A program made the position numbers and the translations under genes. The notes below the pieces were generated by a model. The model made no database searches, was not told the DNA's origin, and saw only the letters and a list, made by a program, of their open reading frames with translations. Positions 15,635 to 22,954 of a stretch of DNA of 22,954 bases are shown here, one piece after another. Where the stretch lies: IMG/VR virus record IMGVR_UViG_3300002066_000001. One strand, written 5' to 3'. Numbering within the stretch: the first letter of the stretch is position 1; the number at the start of each line of letters is the position of its first letter. The DNA comes from an uncultured virus (IMG/VR IMGVR_UViG_3300002066_000001). Taxonomy: Duplodnaviria; Heunggongvirae; Uroviricota; Caudoviricetes.

Positions 15635-16959
15635 CAATGTACCTCCTTTGGTTCGCCTACCTCTTCCGTCAGGGGGTGTGCCCATGAAAACAATTCCGTT
15701 GGATGGTCGGTGCGAGCGCGGAATGTACTGTACCCCGCATCGAAGATGAGCGGAACATAACCCTTCATTCCCATCCTGTTCTTCGCTATCTTCAGTTCCG
15801 TCGTGCCGTCTGGTTTAGAATAGATAAAAGCGACAGCATCGGCGTCCTGCTCGAGGGAACCTGTTCCTCGAAGGTTGTGCAGTTCTGGCTCCTTGAACTT
15901 AGGTTTACTCTCGCCGGGTTCTCCGCTGCCCATCTGAGACGCTACTGAACCTCTGTTGAGCTGCGCTACAACAATGACTGGTCTCATTAGTTCTTTGCTG
16001 AGCGTCTTGAGTGACCAACTCATCTTTGACAATCCTGTGACTTCGCCTTCACTGTCTTCGTGTGAGAGCAAATGGAAGTAATCGATGATAACTACATCTA
16101 GACCGCGCATCATCATCATCGTCTTCGCTTTTGAGAAAATGTAGTTGACAGGGACGCCGCCTCTGTCATCAAGAAGGAAGGTTTTTGATGACAAGAAGTC
16201 ATTGAATCCACTTAGAGACTTGCAGTCATCAACTGTCAGCGCTCCGTCTGTGATACGCGACAGTGGAATCTGCGAATACTGTGAGAACAATTTACTCAAG
16301 ACGTCGTCCTTCCCCATCTCGAGTGAGAACATGGCGACCTTCTTGTTCTCCTTCAGACAATTGAGCATGATGTTCAGGGCTAGGGTCGTCTTGCCTTCCT
16401 GCGGTCTCCCCGCCACAATGAACATTTTCCCATCCCTCAACTTCAGAAGTTCGTCGACCGGTTTGAGTCCTGTCGTTATCCGAGGTTCCTTGCTTCCCAT
16501 AATCTCCGATACCCACGATGCCATGATGTCTGCAGTATCGTTGGTGTCAGGGAGCATCCCGATGGTCTTCTGTTGGATTCCCCCGATGATGTCTACAGGG
16601 TCTCCGCCATCCCTCATCGACTTCTGGATGTCGAAGGCTATCTGTTGTAACTGCGCCCGTTGGAACTCCCGTTCGATGATTTCGATGTATGGAGCGACCA
16701 TTGGGGGCTCTCCGGCGAGAACGTCACCGATAAAGGAATCACCACCGATATAGTCCCATCCCTGTGGCCCGAGTTTTTCCTGAATAAGAGCAGGAGATGG
16801 GGTAAGACCGTTCGTCACAAGTTGGACGAGAATCTTGTAGACCATCTGATTCTTCGGTTCCTGAAAAAATTCAGGTTTGACCTTATCCATTGCATGAAGT
16901 AAATTTGCGCTGTTCCCAAGGAATGCGCCTAGACAATACCGTTCCGCTTCTAAATTGAT
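15634..16959 (-). CDS. dnaB: replicative DNA helicase, probable ATC start at 16959
   Basis: Walker A GRPQEGKT, FSLEM, IIDY, AQLNR, LRGTGSLEQDAD, IAKNR.G; N-terminal NLEAERYCLGA lies upstream of the first ATG (16890). Confidence 0.95.
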   Translation of the reverse strand: MNLEAERYCLGAFLGNSANLLHAMDKVKPEFFQEPKNQMVYKILVQLVTNGLTPSPALIQEKLGPQGWDYIGGDSFIGDVLAGEPPMVAPYIEIIEREFQRAQLQQIAFDIQKSMRDGGDPVDIIGGIQQKTIGMLPDTNDTADIMASWVSEIMGSKEPRITTGLKPVDELLKLRDGKMFIVAGRPQEGKTTLALNIMLNCLKENKKVAMFSLEMGKDDVLSKLFSQYSQIPLSRITDGALTVDDCKSLSGFNDFLSSKTFLLDDRGGVPVNYIFSKAKTMMMMRGLDVVIIDYFHLLSHEDSEGEVTGLSKMSWSLKTLSKELMRPVIVVAQLNRGSVASQMGSGEPGESKPKFKEPELHNLRGTGSLEQDADAVAFIYSKPDGTTELKIAKNRMGMKGYVPLIFDAGYSTFRARTDHPTELFSWAHPLTEEVGEPKEVH

Positions 16960-16989
16960 AGCACCCTCCTTTCTTTCAGGTTCATCTCT

Positions 16990-17685
16990 TCACCACTCGC
17001 CCAATGTCGAGAAATTGCCGAGTACGAGGGTCTGTGACGAAAAGAATATAGAGGTCGTAACCGTCGTCTCGGTGAAAGACCCGTCCAATGACCATCTCCC
17101 GCTCAGGGGCGGTTGGATTTGGGATATGAACGACGTCGGCGGGTGCACCTGTAGAACGCGCATAGGACGCAAGGATTCCTTCAGGAGTTGAACGATTCTT
17201 GCATCGCGCTTTCGTTGACGAGACAATTCCCTCGAAGCAGGACTGTTCGAGCCAACAGAGTCGTCTTTTCCGAACCGTAGAACTTTGATGAGTACGTGCT
17301 TCCGTCGTCCCCACTGTATTGCCTCCCTTTCTGTCCAGAAAAAGACGTCAATATCCGTACCGACAATCGCCCCGCCAGTGTCAATAACTTGGCACGGTTG
17401 ATTATCGTTGTAGTTGGGAATCAGAACTAAAGACCCGAAAGGAAGCACGCTGAGGTCGGCGGCGATACCTCCGACTCTTACGCGCTGCCCTGAAGCGGTA
17501 CGAAAAGGATTTCCGTCACACTCTTCGACCGTAGGTGAATAGGCAGTGATTTCTGAGAAGATAATAACCTTTTGTAAGTTGTTGTCAACCCTTGCTAAGA
17601 CAGTTTGCGTTTGCGTCGTGAGAGCAATCGCAATAAGGATTCCTGCGACAGCCCTTCTTCTTCCGTTGTCCCTTTGTAAATACAT
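16990..17685 (-). CDS. 3D-domain (MltA/RlpA-like) cell-wall protein with N-terminal signal/TM segment
   Basis: ITAYS, TASG, IAADLSVLPFGS, DTGGAI.G..IDVF, A.QWGRR; C-terminal 90 aa dubious. Confidence 0.85.
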   Translation of the reverse strand: MYLQRDNGRRRAVAGILIAIALTTQTQTVLARVDNNLQKVIIFSEITAYSPTVEECDGNPFRTASGQRVRVGGIAADLSVLPFGSLVLIPNYNDNQPCQVIDTGGAIVGTDIDVFFWTEREAIQWGRRKHVLIKVLRFGKDDSVGSNSPASRELSRQRKRDARIVQLLKESLRPMRVLQVHPPTSFISQIQPPLSGRWSLDGSFTETTVTTSIFFSSQTLVLGNFSTLGEW

Positions 17686-17798
17686 CGTTCCCCCTCGCCG
17701 TTGTCGACGAAAATCTCAATTTCCTTGACGTCATGCGTGTCGATGAACTTCGACAGTTCATCCAGCGTGACCTCTTTCCTTTCCTTCTTTTTAGCTAT
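17595..17798 (-). CDS. hypothetical protein, probable ATA start
   Basis: AAGGAGGGGG-act-ATA GCT AAA; alternative in-frame ATG at 17819 has no RBS. Confidence 0.55.
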   Translation of the reverse strand: MAKKKERKEVTLDELSKFIDTHDVKEIEIFVDNGEGERCIYKGTTEEEGLSQESLLRLLSRRKRKLS

Positions 17799-18042
17799 AG
17801 TCCCCCTCCTTTGGGTCATTAGGCCGAGCCAGTGACAGGAAATCTCTACGGGACATTGCCTTCCCTTTCTTGCCGTCAATGATACAGGCAATATCCCAGT
17901 GTGCGTCCAGCAGTACCTTGCTATCAATCTCCTGTGGTGACATATTCGCGCGCCAGTATCGACCTCTCCATCCCTTCATCGGAATCTTCGTCACGTTCTC
18001 GAGGTGCTCTGCATCCCCCCGGTAGAACATAATTCCCTTCAT
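17791..18042 (-). CDS. hypothetical protein
   Basis: GGAGG RBS, ATGA coupling. Confidence 0.7.
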   Translation of the reverse strand: MKGIMFYRGDAEHLENVTKIPMKGWRGRYWRANMSPQEIDSKVLLDAHWDIACIIDGKKGKAMSRRDFLSLARPNDPKEGDYS

Positions 18043-18422
18043 GCGGCCTCCATCCTTGCGTTATGGCATAATATCTCAAGTACGTCATTTCCGAATACGG
18101 TAAACATGCGGCGGTTTCTGCGGGCTATCGTAGCTGCGACCGCCTTTTTCTCGGCGTCGATGAATCCCCATCGTACCTCTTGTTCTAATCTATTGTACAC
18201 GCTTTTCTCCTCATATCCAAATTTTACGGTCGAGGCAATGCGCTCGAGGAGAACCCGTGGGGTATAGGACACAGCCCTCTGGTATAAGAGAGAACAAATG
18301 AGGTCTGGAAAGTAGTCGTTGACAGTCAAAACCGTATGGTTCAATTCCGATACGGTAACTGCTCCATCCTTTTCAAGGTTGACCGTGAACTCGCGACCAA
18401 GAATGGGTACTATCCGATTCGT
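18039..18422 (-). CDS. hypothetical protein, probable ACG start
   Basis: frame open from ACG 18422, which overlaps the upstream TAA (TAACG) and follows GGGAG; ORF track start is TTG 18344. Confidence 0.6.
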   Translation of the reverse strand, partial: TNRIVPILGREFTVNLEKDGAVTVSELNHTVLTVNDYFPDLICSLLYQRAVSYTPRVLLERIASTVKFGYEEKSVYNRLEQEVRWGFIDAEKKAVAATIARRNRRMFTVFGNDVLEILCHNARMEAA

Positions 18423-18733
18423 TACGCTCCCTTCCGGAGACCGTAGATAAGTGTAGACCGTTCAATTTGTCCGCCAGCGAGGGTCGACTTCTCCGAGTTG
18501 AGCCACACAAGGACGCCCTTTCTCTGCAATTTGAAGTAGGTTGGCTTATACAGACGCTTCCACTCCGTCTTGTCGAGGCTCTGGATGGTGAGGTTCGGGT
18601 AGTCGAGGTAGTTGTTCACTCTGTCATTCTTGTCGATGACGCGCCATCCCAACATAAGCAGCCCCATCGCGTTGTCATACCCGATACACATCTTCTTCCG
18701 GGCTGTCCACATTCGTTCGACTGCAGCATTCAT
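18422..18733 (-). CDS. hypothetical protein
   Basis: AAGGAG RBS. Confidence 0.7.
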   Translation of the reverse strand: MNAAVERMWTARKKMCIGYDNAMGLLMLGWRVIDKNDRVNNYLDYPNLTIQSLDKTEWKRLYKPTYFKLQRKGVLVWLNSEKSTLAGGQIERSTLIYGLRKGA

Positions 18734-18735
18734 AT

Positions 18736-19035
18736 CTACTCCTTATCAAAAGCGTCATAGACGAAATCCCAGTCACTGTTCTCCATCTCGTCCTCCAGTG
18801 GAAGGTGAGCCCAATGAGCGCTGTCGTCGTCAAAAATGACGAGCACCGAATATCCGTGATTGCGCTGTCGCACCGGAAGACTTGTGGACGGAATGTATCC
18901 GTAACAGAAGGTATAGAATGCCTTCTCAAGAGTCATCTCTTGTTCGTGTGCCTCATCTCGAAGACGCGACCACATGTCTCGGTCATAGCGGTCAAATCCG
19001 AAGGAATCAGCAGGAAGCAGAGGGATGACCTTCAT
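18736..19035 (-). CDS. hypothetical protein
   Basis: GGAG RBS, ATGA coupling. Confidence 0.7.
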   Translation of the reverse strand: MKVIPLLPADSFGFDRYDRDMWSRLRDEAHEQEMTLEKAFYTFCYGYIPSTSLPVRQRNHGYSVLVIFDDDSAHWAHLPLEDEMENSDWDFVYDAFDKE

Positions 19036-19307
19036 GTCACTCCGTTCTTCGCAAGGTACTTGTTGCGCCCCTCAGTAACCTTGTCGAGGTCGAGGGTGTT
19101 GCCACAGGAATCGCAGAGATACTCGGTGTAGCAGAAGTCCTCCTGCTCGAGAACCTCGTCGTCAAAATGTTCAAAGTGCTCCCACTCTTCGAAGAGCGTG
19201 TTTGTCCCGAACTCGAGCGTTGTCGTCCCCCTTACTCTCTCTTCATAGTGCGCTTCAACTCTTGTTTCCTTGCCACAATATGGACAGATGATGGTCTGTG
19301 TGTTCAC
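19032..19307 (-). CDS. zinc-ribbon protein
   Basis: CPYCG ... CDSCG with acidic spacer; GTGA coupling. Confidence 0.7.
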   Translation of the reverse strand: MNTQTIICPYCGKETRVEAHYEERVRGTTTLEFGTNTLFEEWEHFEHFDDEVLEQEDFCYTEYLCDSCGNTLDLDKVTEGRNKYLAKNGVT

Positions 19308-19603
19308 TTCACACTCTCCTTTTTCTTCCTATGGATGGGTTTCCTCGTCGGTCTGAGTGAGGATTCTGAAATGACCCAAGCTGGAAAGTAGTCTTGGACG
19401 CTCACGTCGAAGAAGTCAGTGCTTGCTATTCGGCTCTCAAAAATCTCAGCCTTCGTCTTCTCTGTAACGGCCCACGCGAAGTCGTCTATCAGGTTCTTCA
19501 TGTGGACATCGTCAAACCCTTTGCGATGAATGGCATTCCACAAAGCCGCCCACGTCAGAAATATCGGGGTCTTCTTGATTTCGGCATCAGTCAGTTTCAT
19601 CAT
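19304..19603 (-). CDS. hypothetical protein
   Basis: AAGGAGG RBS. Confidence 0.7.
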   Translation of the reverse strand: MMKLTDAEIKKTPIFLTWAALWNAIHRKGFDDVHMKNLIDDFAWAVTEKTKAEIFESRIASTDFFDVSVQDYFPAWVISESSLRPTRKPIHRKKKESVK

Positions 19604-19613
19604 TACATCCTCC

Positions 19614-19859
19614 TTATGTCTTCAGTCCCAGTAACCGATACCACAGAGCACCAATTCGCTTGCCTTCCAGCCATCTCAACCTTCGGGCTCTTCTTTGAGA
19701 AATCAACTTGCTGCGAGTCGAGTGCCAATTCCAACCTTCCCAATGACCAACCTCAAGCCAATTACGGTATGTCCAAGTGATAACAGTGACACGTACTTGC
19801 TCTCCTTCGTCGACAAAGGACGGTTGATAGACGTGCGAATGGTATGTCATTTCAGTCAC
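19614..19859 (-). CDS. Trp-rich hypothetical protein
   Basis: fits the array; start GTG 19859 or a downstream ATG. Confidence 0.6.
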   Translation of the reverse strand: MTEMTYHSHVYQPSFVDEGEQVRVTVITWTYRNWLEVGHWEGWNWHSTRSKLISQRRARRLRWLEGKRIGALWYRLLGLKT

Positions 19860-20094
19860 CGTTCTGGTAGTCGATTTCGCGTCCGTCTGGCAGAAAGGAC
19901 ATTATGTCTCCATGTTCTCGACATTGAGCATAAAAAGCGGCAGCTCTATCTAGAACTCGAGTAAGGGTCAAGAGTTTCTCAACCCTCTGTCGATACTCGT
20001 CCCTGTGTCCCGTACTGTACTCGCACAAGCTGATAATTTCTTCCTTGAGGACATCTCTCTCGTTCTTGGTAGTCAGATATTCATCGCGCGTCAT
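19852..20094 (-). CDS. hypothetical protein
   Basis: GGAGG RBS before ATG 20094; ATGA coupling. Confidence 0.65.
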   Translation of the reverse strand: MTRDEYLTTKNERDVLKEEIISLCEYSTGHRDEYRQRVEKLLTLTRVLDRAAAFYAQCREHGDIMSFLPDGREIDYQNGD

Positions 20095-20240
20095 TCTCTG
20101 TTGTCCTCCGCGCACTCAGCCCTGACAGCCTCTTCGAGATTCCGAACAAAATACCAGATTTTCTTCCATGCGAGATTGTCTATACCCTCAACTTCACAGA
20201 GTGCAAATCTCAATTTGTCTTCTGCTTCCTTGGCCGTCAC
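20091..20240 (-). CDS. 49-aa helical protein, not in ORF track
   Basis: MTAKEAEDKLRFALCEVEGIDNLAWKKIWYFVRNLEEAVRAECAEDNRE; GTGA and ATGA overlaps. Confidence 0.7.
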   Translation of the reverse strand: MTAKEAEDKLRFALCEVEGIDNLAWKKIWYFVRNLEEAVRAECAEDNRE

Positions 20241-20377
20241 TTCTTCCCCCTCTCTTCCTGTCTGACGTAAAACTCGAAGTCTTCGATGGCAAGGATGACG
20301 CTGTATCCTAAGTCCTGACGACTCTTAGTCTCGAGGATTGCCTGTTTGAGTTCCTGCTTCGCTTGCTCGACCGTCAT
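20237..20377 (-). CDS. 46-aa helical protein, not in ORF track
   Basis: MTVEQAKQELKQAILETKSRQDLGYSVILAIEDFEFYVRQEERGKK; ATGA and GTGA overlaps. Confidence 0.7.
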   Translation of the reverse strand: MTVEQAKQELKQAILETKSRQDLGYSVILAIEDFEFYVRQEERGKK

Positions 20378-20619
20378 GTCCCGTCATCCTCTGCCAGAAT
20401 CCTGTCCACCATCTGTGATATGCCGCAGACGTCTATTGAACCATCTTCTTTGACATGCAATTTTGCTCGCTCGTCCTGCCGCACAAAGGTCTCAAACTCT
20501 TTCATGGCGTTGAGAATATGGAAAGAGAGCCTCGGAAGAAGGTCTCCCATTGAGCAGTCGGGATGTGCGTAGGCGGCGATTTCGTAATCAAGTCGTTCCC
20601 AAGCCTGTGCCATCGTCAT
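20374..20619 (-). CDS. hypothetical protein related to 20237..20377
   Basis: MTMAQA..L...I and IL.A...FE..VRQDER shared. Confidence 0.7.
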   Translation of the reverse strand: MTMAQAWERLDYEIAAYAHPDCSMGDLLPRLSFHILNAMKEFETFVRQDERAKLHVKEDGSIDVCGISQMVDRILAEDDGT

Positions 20620-20813
20620 GTCTTCTCCTTGCTGACGACCTGCAATGTCTCCCCGGGATTCAGGAATATGAACTTGTTGTCAGGAAACATCTCTTGTAGT
20701 TGGGGAAACAGCGCGTCTTTCCCAAGTTTCGTTATGTGCTCCGTCAGCGACCATACCACTACATCACCCGACTTCAGATTGACCTTTTTTAGTTCCTCGA
20801 GTTCGATTGTCAT
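20616..20813 (-). CDS. hypothetical protein
   Basis: AAGGAG RBS before ATG 20813; ATGA coupling. Confidence 0.7.
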   Translation of the reverse strand: MTIELEELKKVNLKSGDVVVWSLTEHITKLGKDALFPQLQEMFPDNKFIFLNPGETLQVVSKEKT

Positions 20814-21106
20814 GTCTTCTCCTTGACGCACGCGGCATCTACCTCCAATCTCTGCTCCAGTCGTTCCAGTTTTGCAAGTCTGGCTTCGGAGATTTCTGGC
20901 CCCCACCGCAGGCGCATTTGGTCGACCATAAGGCTCACGTCTGCAAGTTCCTCTATAAGACTCTCGGGAGACTGTTCGCGCCCGCCAAGGAACTTTGCAG
21001 CAGCTTGGACGAGCTCCCCACTCTCTTCAATCACCATCATCAACTGAGCATCAAAACCCCAAGTGTCGAGAGCTTTCCGCAAGACTGTACGCGCCAAGTC
21101 TCTCAT
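20810..21106 (-). CDS. MazG-like nucleotide pyrophosphohydrolase
   Basis: WG..AQL....EESGEL..A..K ... LIEELADV..M..Q (EExxE...EExxD). Confidence 0.85.
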   Translation of the reverse strand: MRDLARTVLRKALDTWGFDAQLMMVIEESGELVQAAAKFLGGREQSPESLIEELADVSLMVDQMRLRWGPEISEARLAKLERLEQRLEVDAACVKEKT

Positions 21107-21390
21107 GGTCTGAAGTCCTTTCCGATGAGGCGTTCACCAGCAGCGACGTACCCCTTGGCTACAGCCGACATTGCGTTCGCACGCCCCTTCATCTTTGCCA
21201 TGCCACCACCGACGAGATAATGTGTCCGCCAGATTTGATACAGCATCTCCATCATCTTGCCAAAGACGTTCAGGAACCGTCCTTCATCAAAACCCATGTC
21301 ACCCTCATTTGCTCGCACGCGAAGGTCTCCAAGCATCCTCAATGCCCGCTCATACTTCTCACGTTCTTCATCTTGCATAGCTGACTTCAT
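21103..21390 (-). CDS. hypothetical protein
   Basis: ATG 21390 overlaps upstream stop (ATGA). Confidence 0.65.
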   Translation of the reverse strand: MKSAMQDEEREKYERALRMLGDLRVRANEGDMGFDEGRFLNVFGKMMEMLYQIWRTHYLVGGGMAKMKGRANAMSAVAKGYVAAGERLIGKDFRP

Positions 21391-21620
21391 CGCTTTTCGT
21401 CCTCTGCAATCTTGTCGATGATATCTGCCAGTATCGCCAAGTCGAAGTTCTTTCTGCGGGCAACAGCCGCCTTCCATACTTTCTCTTGTTCTGCAGTATG
21501 TGCGGCTCTCAGCAGTCTACGGATTTCACCGCCTATTCCCGTGCGCTCCTTACCAATAATGACTGCTGCAAGGGCGTCGACAGCAACCTGCTCTTCTTTC
21601 GACCACACTTCTTCTTTCAT
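21387..21620 (-). CDS. hypothetical helical protein
   Basis: AAGGAG RBS, ATGA coupling. Confidence 0.7.
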   Translation of the reverse strand: MKEEVWSKEEQVAVDALAAVIIGKERTGIGGEIRRLLRAAHTAEQEKVWKAAVARRKNFDLAILADIIDKIAEDEKR

Positions 21621-21877
21621 GGAGTCTCCTTGTGCGTCCGTTGGTATCGGGCATTCCTTATGTTGCTAAAGATGCCGTCAAGAAACCAATCGTTTAATGT
21701 GAGAATCTTCGCCCATAATCCAACCGTTCCTGCACCATCGCAGAATCTGCAGCTATCATAAAAATCGTAGTTGCCACAGTCGCCCTCACCGCCGCAAGCC
21801 GGACAAACAAACGGATGGAATACAGCAAACCAGAAGCCATCGTCAGAAACCTTGTCCCGGAAACTTCGAGAAATCAC
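21617..21877 (-). CDS. DnaJ-type CxxCxGxG zinc-finger protein
   Basis: CPACGGEG and CRFCDGAG. Confidence 0.75.
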   Translation of the reverse strand: MISRSFRDKVSDDGFWFAVFHPFVCPACGGEGDCGNYDFYDSCRFCDGAGTVGLWAKILTLNDWFLDGIFSNIRNARYQRTHKETP

Positions 21878-21881
21878 GGTT

Positions 21882-22133
21882 TCACCTTCCTACGGGTATT
21901 GCCCCGGCTCGAACAGACAACTGGTAGGCGTAGGCGTCGGCCATTTTGTGATATCTAATCGCGGCTATAGCGTATTGCGGTTCACTGTAGTGCTTCGCTG
22001 ATGCAATACTCAAGTCCCAAACGAGTTCCTTGTTGTTATCTTTGCGCCCTGTATAGTAGCGGTAATAACCTGCCTTTGTCTTCTCTGCCACGACGTAGAG
22101 AGGAAAGGCGGAAGAAACAATCGCGCTTCTCAT
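21882..22133 (-). CDS. hypothetical protein
   Basis: GAGGGG RBS, ATGA coupling. Confidence 0.7.
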   Translation of the reverse strand: MRSAIVSSAFPLYVVAEKTKAGYYRYYTGRKDNNKELVWDLSIASAKHYSEPQYAIAAIRYHKMADAYAYQLSVRAGAIPVGR

Positions 22134-22390
22134 TTACCCCCTCTTGGAACAACGTCATAGATGCCCGCATGATAGTTCAGGTTGTCGTTCGTCTTCCATT
22201 CCATTTGCCCCTTCCTTCTCTTCGTCTTCGTCAGGGTGCCCACGCTTGCCTCACTCACCACGGCCTTGCGGAGGGCGGATTCAATATCCCGAACCTTGCC
22301 CCTATACTCGTTCGTCCACACATAGTCCGGCGCAACCGTTCCTATCAACACATCTATGAGGCGGTCAACGCTCATCGTGCCATAGTTCAT
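22130..22390 (-). CDS. hypothetical protein
   Basis: GGAGGT RBS, ATGA coupling. Confidence 0.7.
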   Translation of the reverse strand: MNYGTMSVDRLIDVLIGTVAPDYVWTNEYRGKVRDIESALRKAVVSEASVGTLTKTKRRKGQMEWKTNDNLNYHAGIYDVVPRGGK

Positions 22391-22725
22391 CCCGCTACCT
22401 CCAGGACAAGAGCGGCAAGGGCGTCAAGAGACTTCTTCTTCTGATATCCCCTGTCTCCAATTTTTACATAGCACCCCTTGTCATCATGGCAGAAGGCAAG
22501 GGTGACAAATGGATATTGAGCAAACAGCCATTCTTCCAGTTCGCCAGCCGTGGGTGCGGCAACGGTGTTCTCGTCGTCAGACGTTTTGGTTCTTGGACTG
22601 ACCCATGAATAGTGATTGAGTGCGTCGGAACGGAAGAACCACACCATCGCCGTGTCCTGCGGGAACCCTGCGGCCTTCAACTGCTGGCAGACTTCAAGAG
22701 ATGGAACCAACTGTTCAAGGGTCAT
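22387..22725 (-). CDS. hypothetical phage protein, paralog of 338..751
   Basis: PSLEVCQQLKAAGFPQ...W, AAPTAGELEEWL, DALAALVL. Confidence 0.7.
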   Translation of the reverse strand: MTLEQLVPSLEVCQQLKAAGFPQDTAMVWFFRSDALNHYSWVSPRTKTSDDENTVAAPTAGELEEWLFAQYPFVTLAFCHDDKGCYVKIGDRGYQKKKSLDALAALVLEVAG

Positions 22726-22952
22726 GGCTTGTTCTCCTCATTCCATCGTTCAACGTCCGCCTGTCGCTCGTTACGTTTCCTCTCTTCCGCAAGCATGTCC
22801 TCTTTCTGCTGGTCTTCCATAACCTGTTCTTCCATTTGCTTCTGCATAACCTGCTCCTTCGGGGTAAGGACGGAGGCAGGAACGAAATAAGACGGCATAG
22901 TATCTCTCCCGTCGGTTGTAAGTTCCATAATGTGCATTACCTTGCCGTCCAT
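22722..22952 (-). CDS. hypothetical protein, possibly truncated by window edge
   Basis: open frame to the window end; acidic coiled C-terminus. Confidence 0.55.
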   Translation of the reverse strand: MDGKVMHIMELTTDGRDTMPSYFVPASVLTPKEQVMQKQMEEQVMEDQQKEDMLAEERKRNERQADVERWNEENKP

Positions 22953-22954
22953 TG

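Noticed and set aside
11754..16992. TGA recoding, since open frames continue after TGA at 11754 and 16990
   Set aside because: TGA, TAA and TAG all act as stops elsewhere (many ATGA/GTGA overlaps) and conserved genes are intact under the standard code
20810..21106. Z-base (diaminopurine) pathway suggested by the MazG-like gene
   Set aside because: No purZ- or datZ-like gene is recognisable in the window
1017..22890. Plus-strand ORFs in the track
   Set aside because: They are antisense shadows of well-supported minus-strand genes, with no recognisable motifs or coupling

Overview
Bacteriophage or prophage DNA: about 50 tightly packed, often translationally coupled genes, all on the minus strand, with no structural genes. 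In transcription order (right to left) there is first an array of short hypothetical ORFs (22954-17600) that includes a MazG-like pyrophosphatase and Zn-finger proteins. Then come a 3D-domain cell-wall protein, a DnaB helicase, an AT-rich palindromic repeat/hairpin block (candidate origin), an ECF-type sigma factor, DnaG primase and a metallophosphoesterase. The left half holds a ferredoxin:thioredoxin reductase catalytic-subunit homolog, dUTPase, a Cas4/RecB-like nuclease, an HNH nuclease, class III ribonucleotide reductase NrdD, VRR-NUC, the NrdG activase and an NDT-like protein. Most notable: (1) a redoxin-type NrdD encoded with an FTR-like reductase; (2) apparent non-canonical starts (ATC for dnaB, ACG/ATA elsewhere); (3) three paralogous His-rich HNH-like genes with swapped N-terminal modules; (4) structured intergenic elements, including a GAC-hairpin-AGAA-GTC motif on both sides of the sigma gene. 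All calls come from motif reading by eye; no database searches were run.
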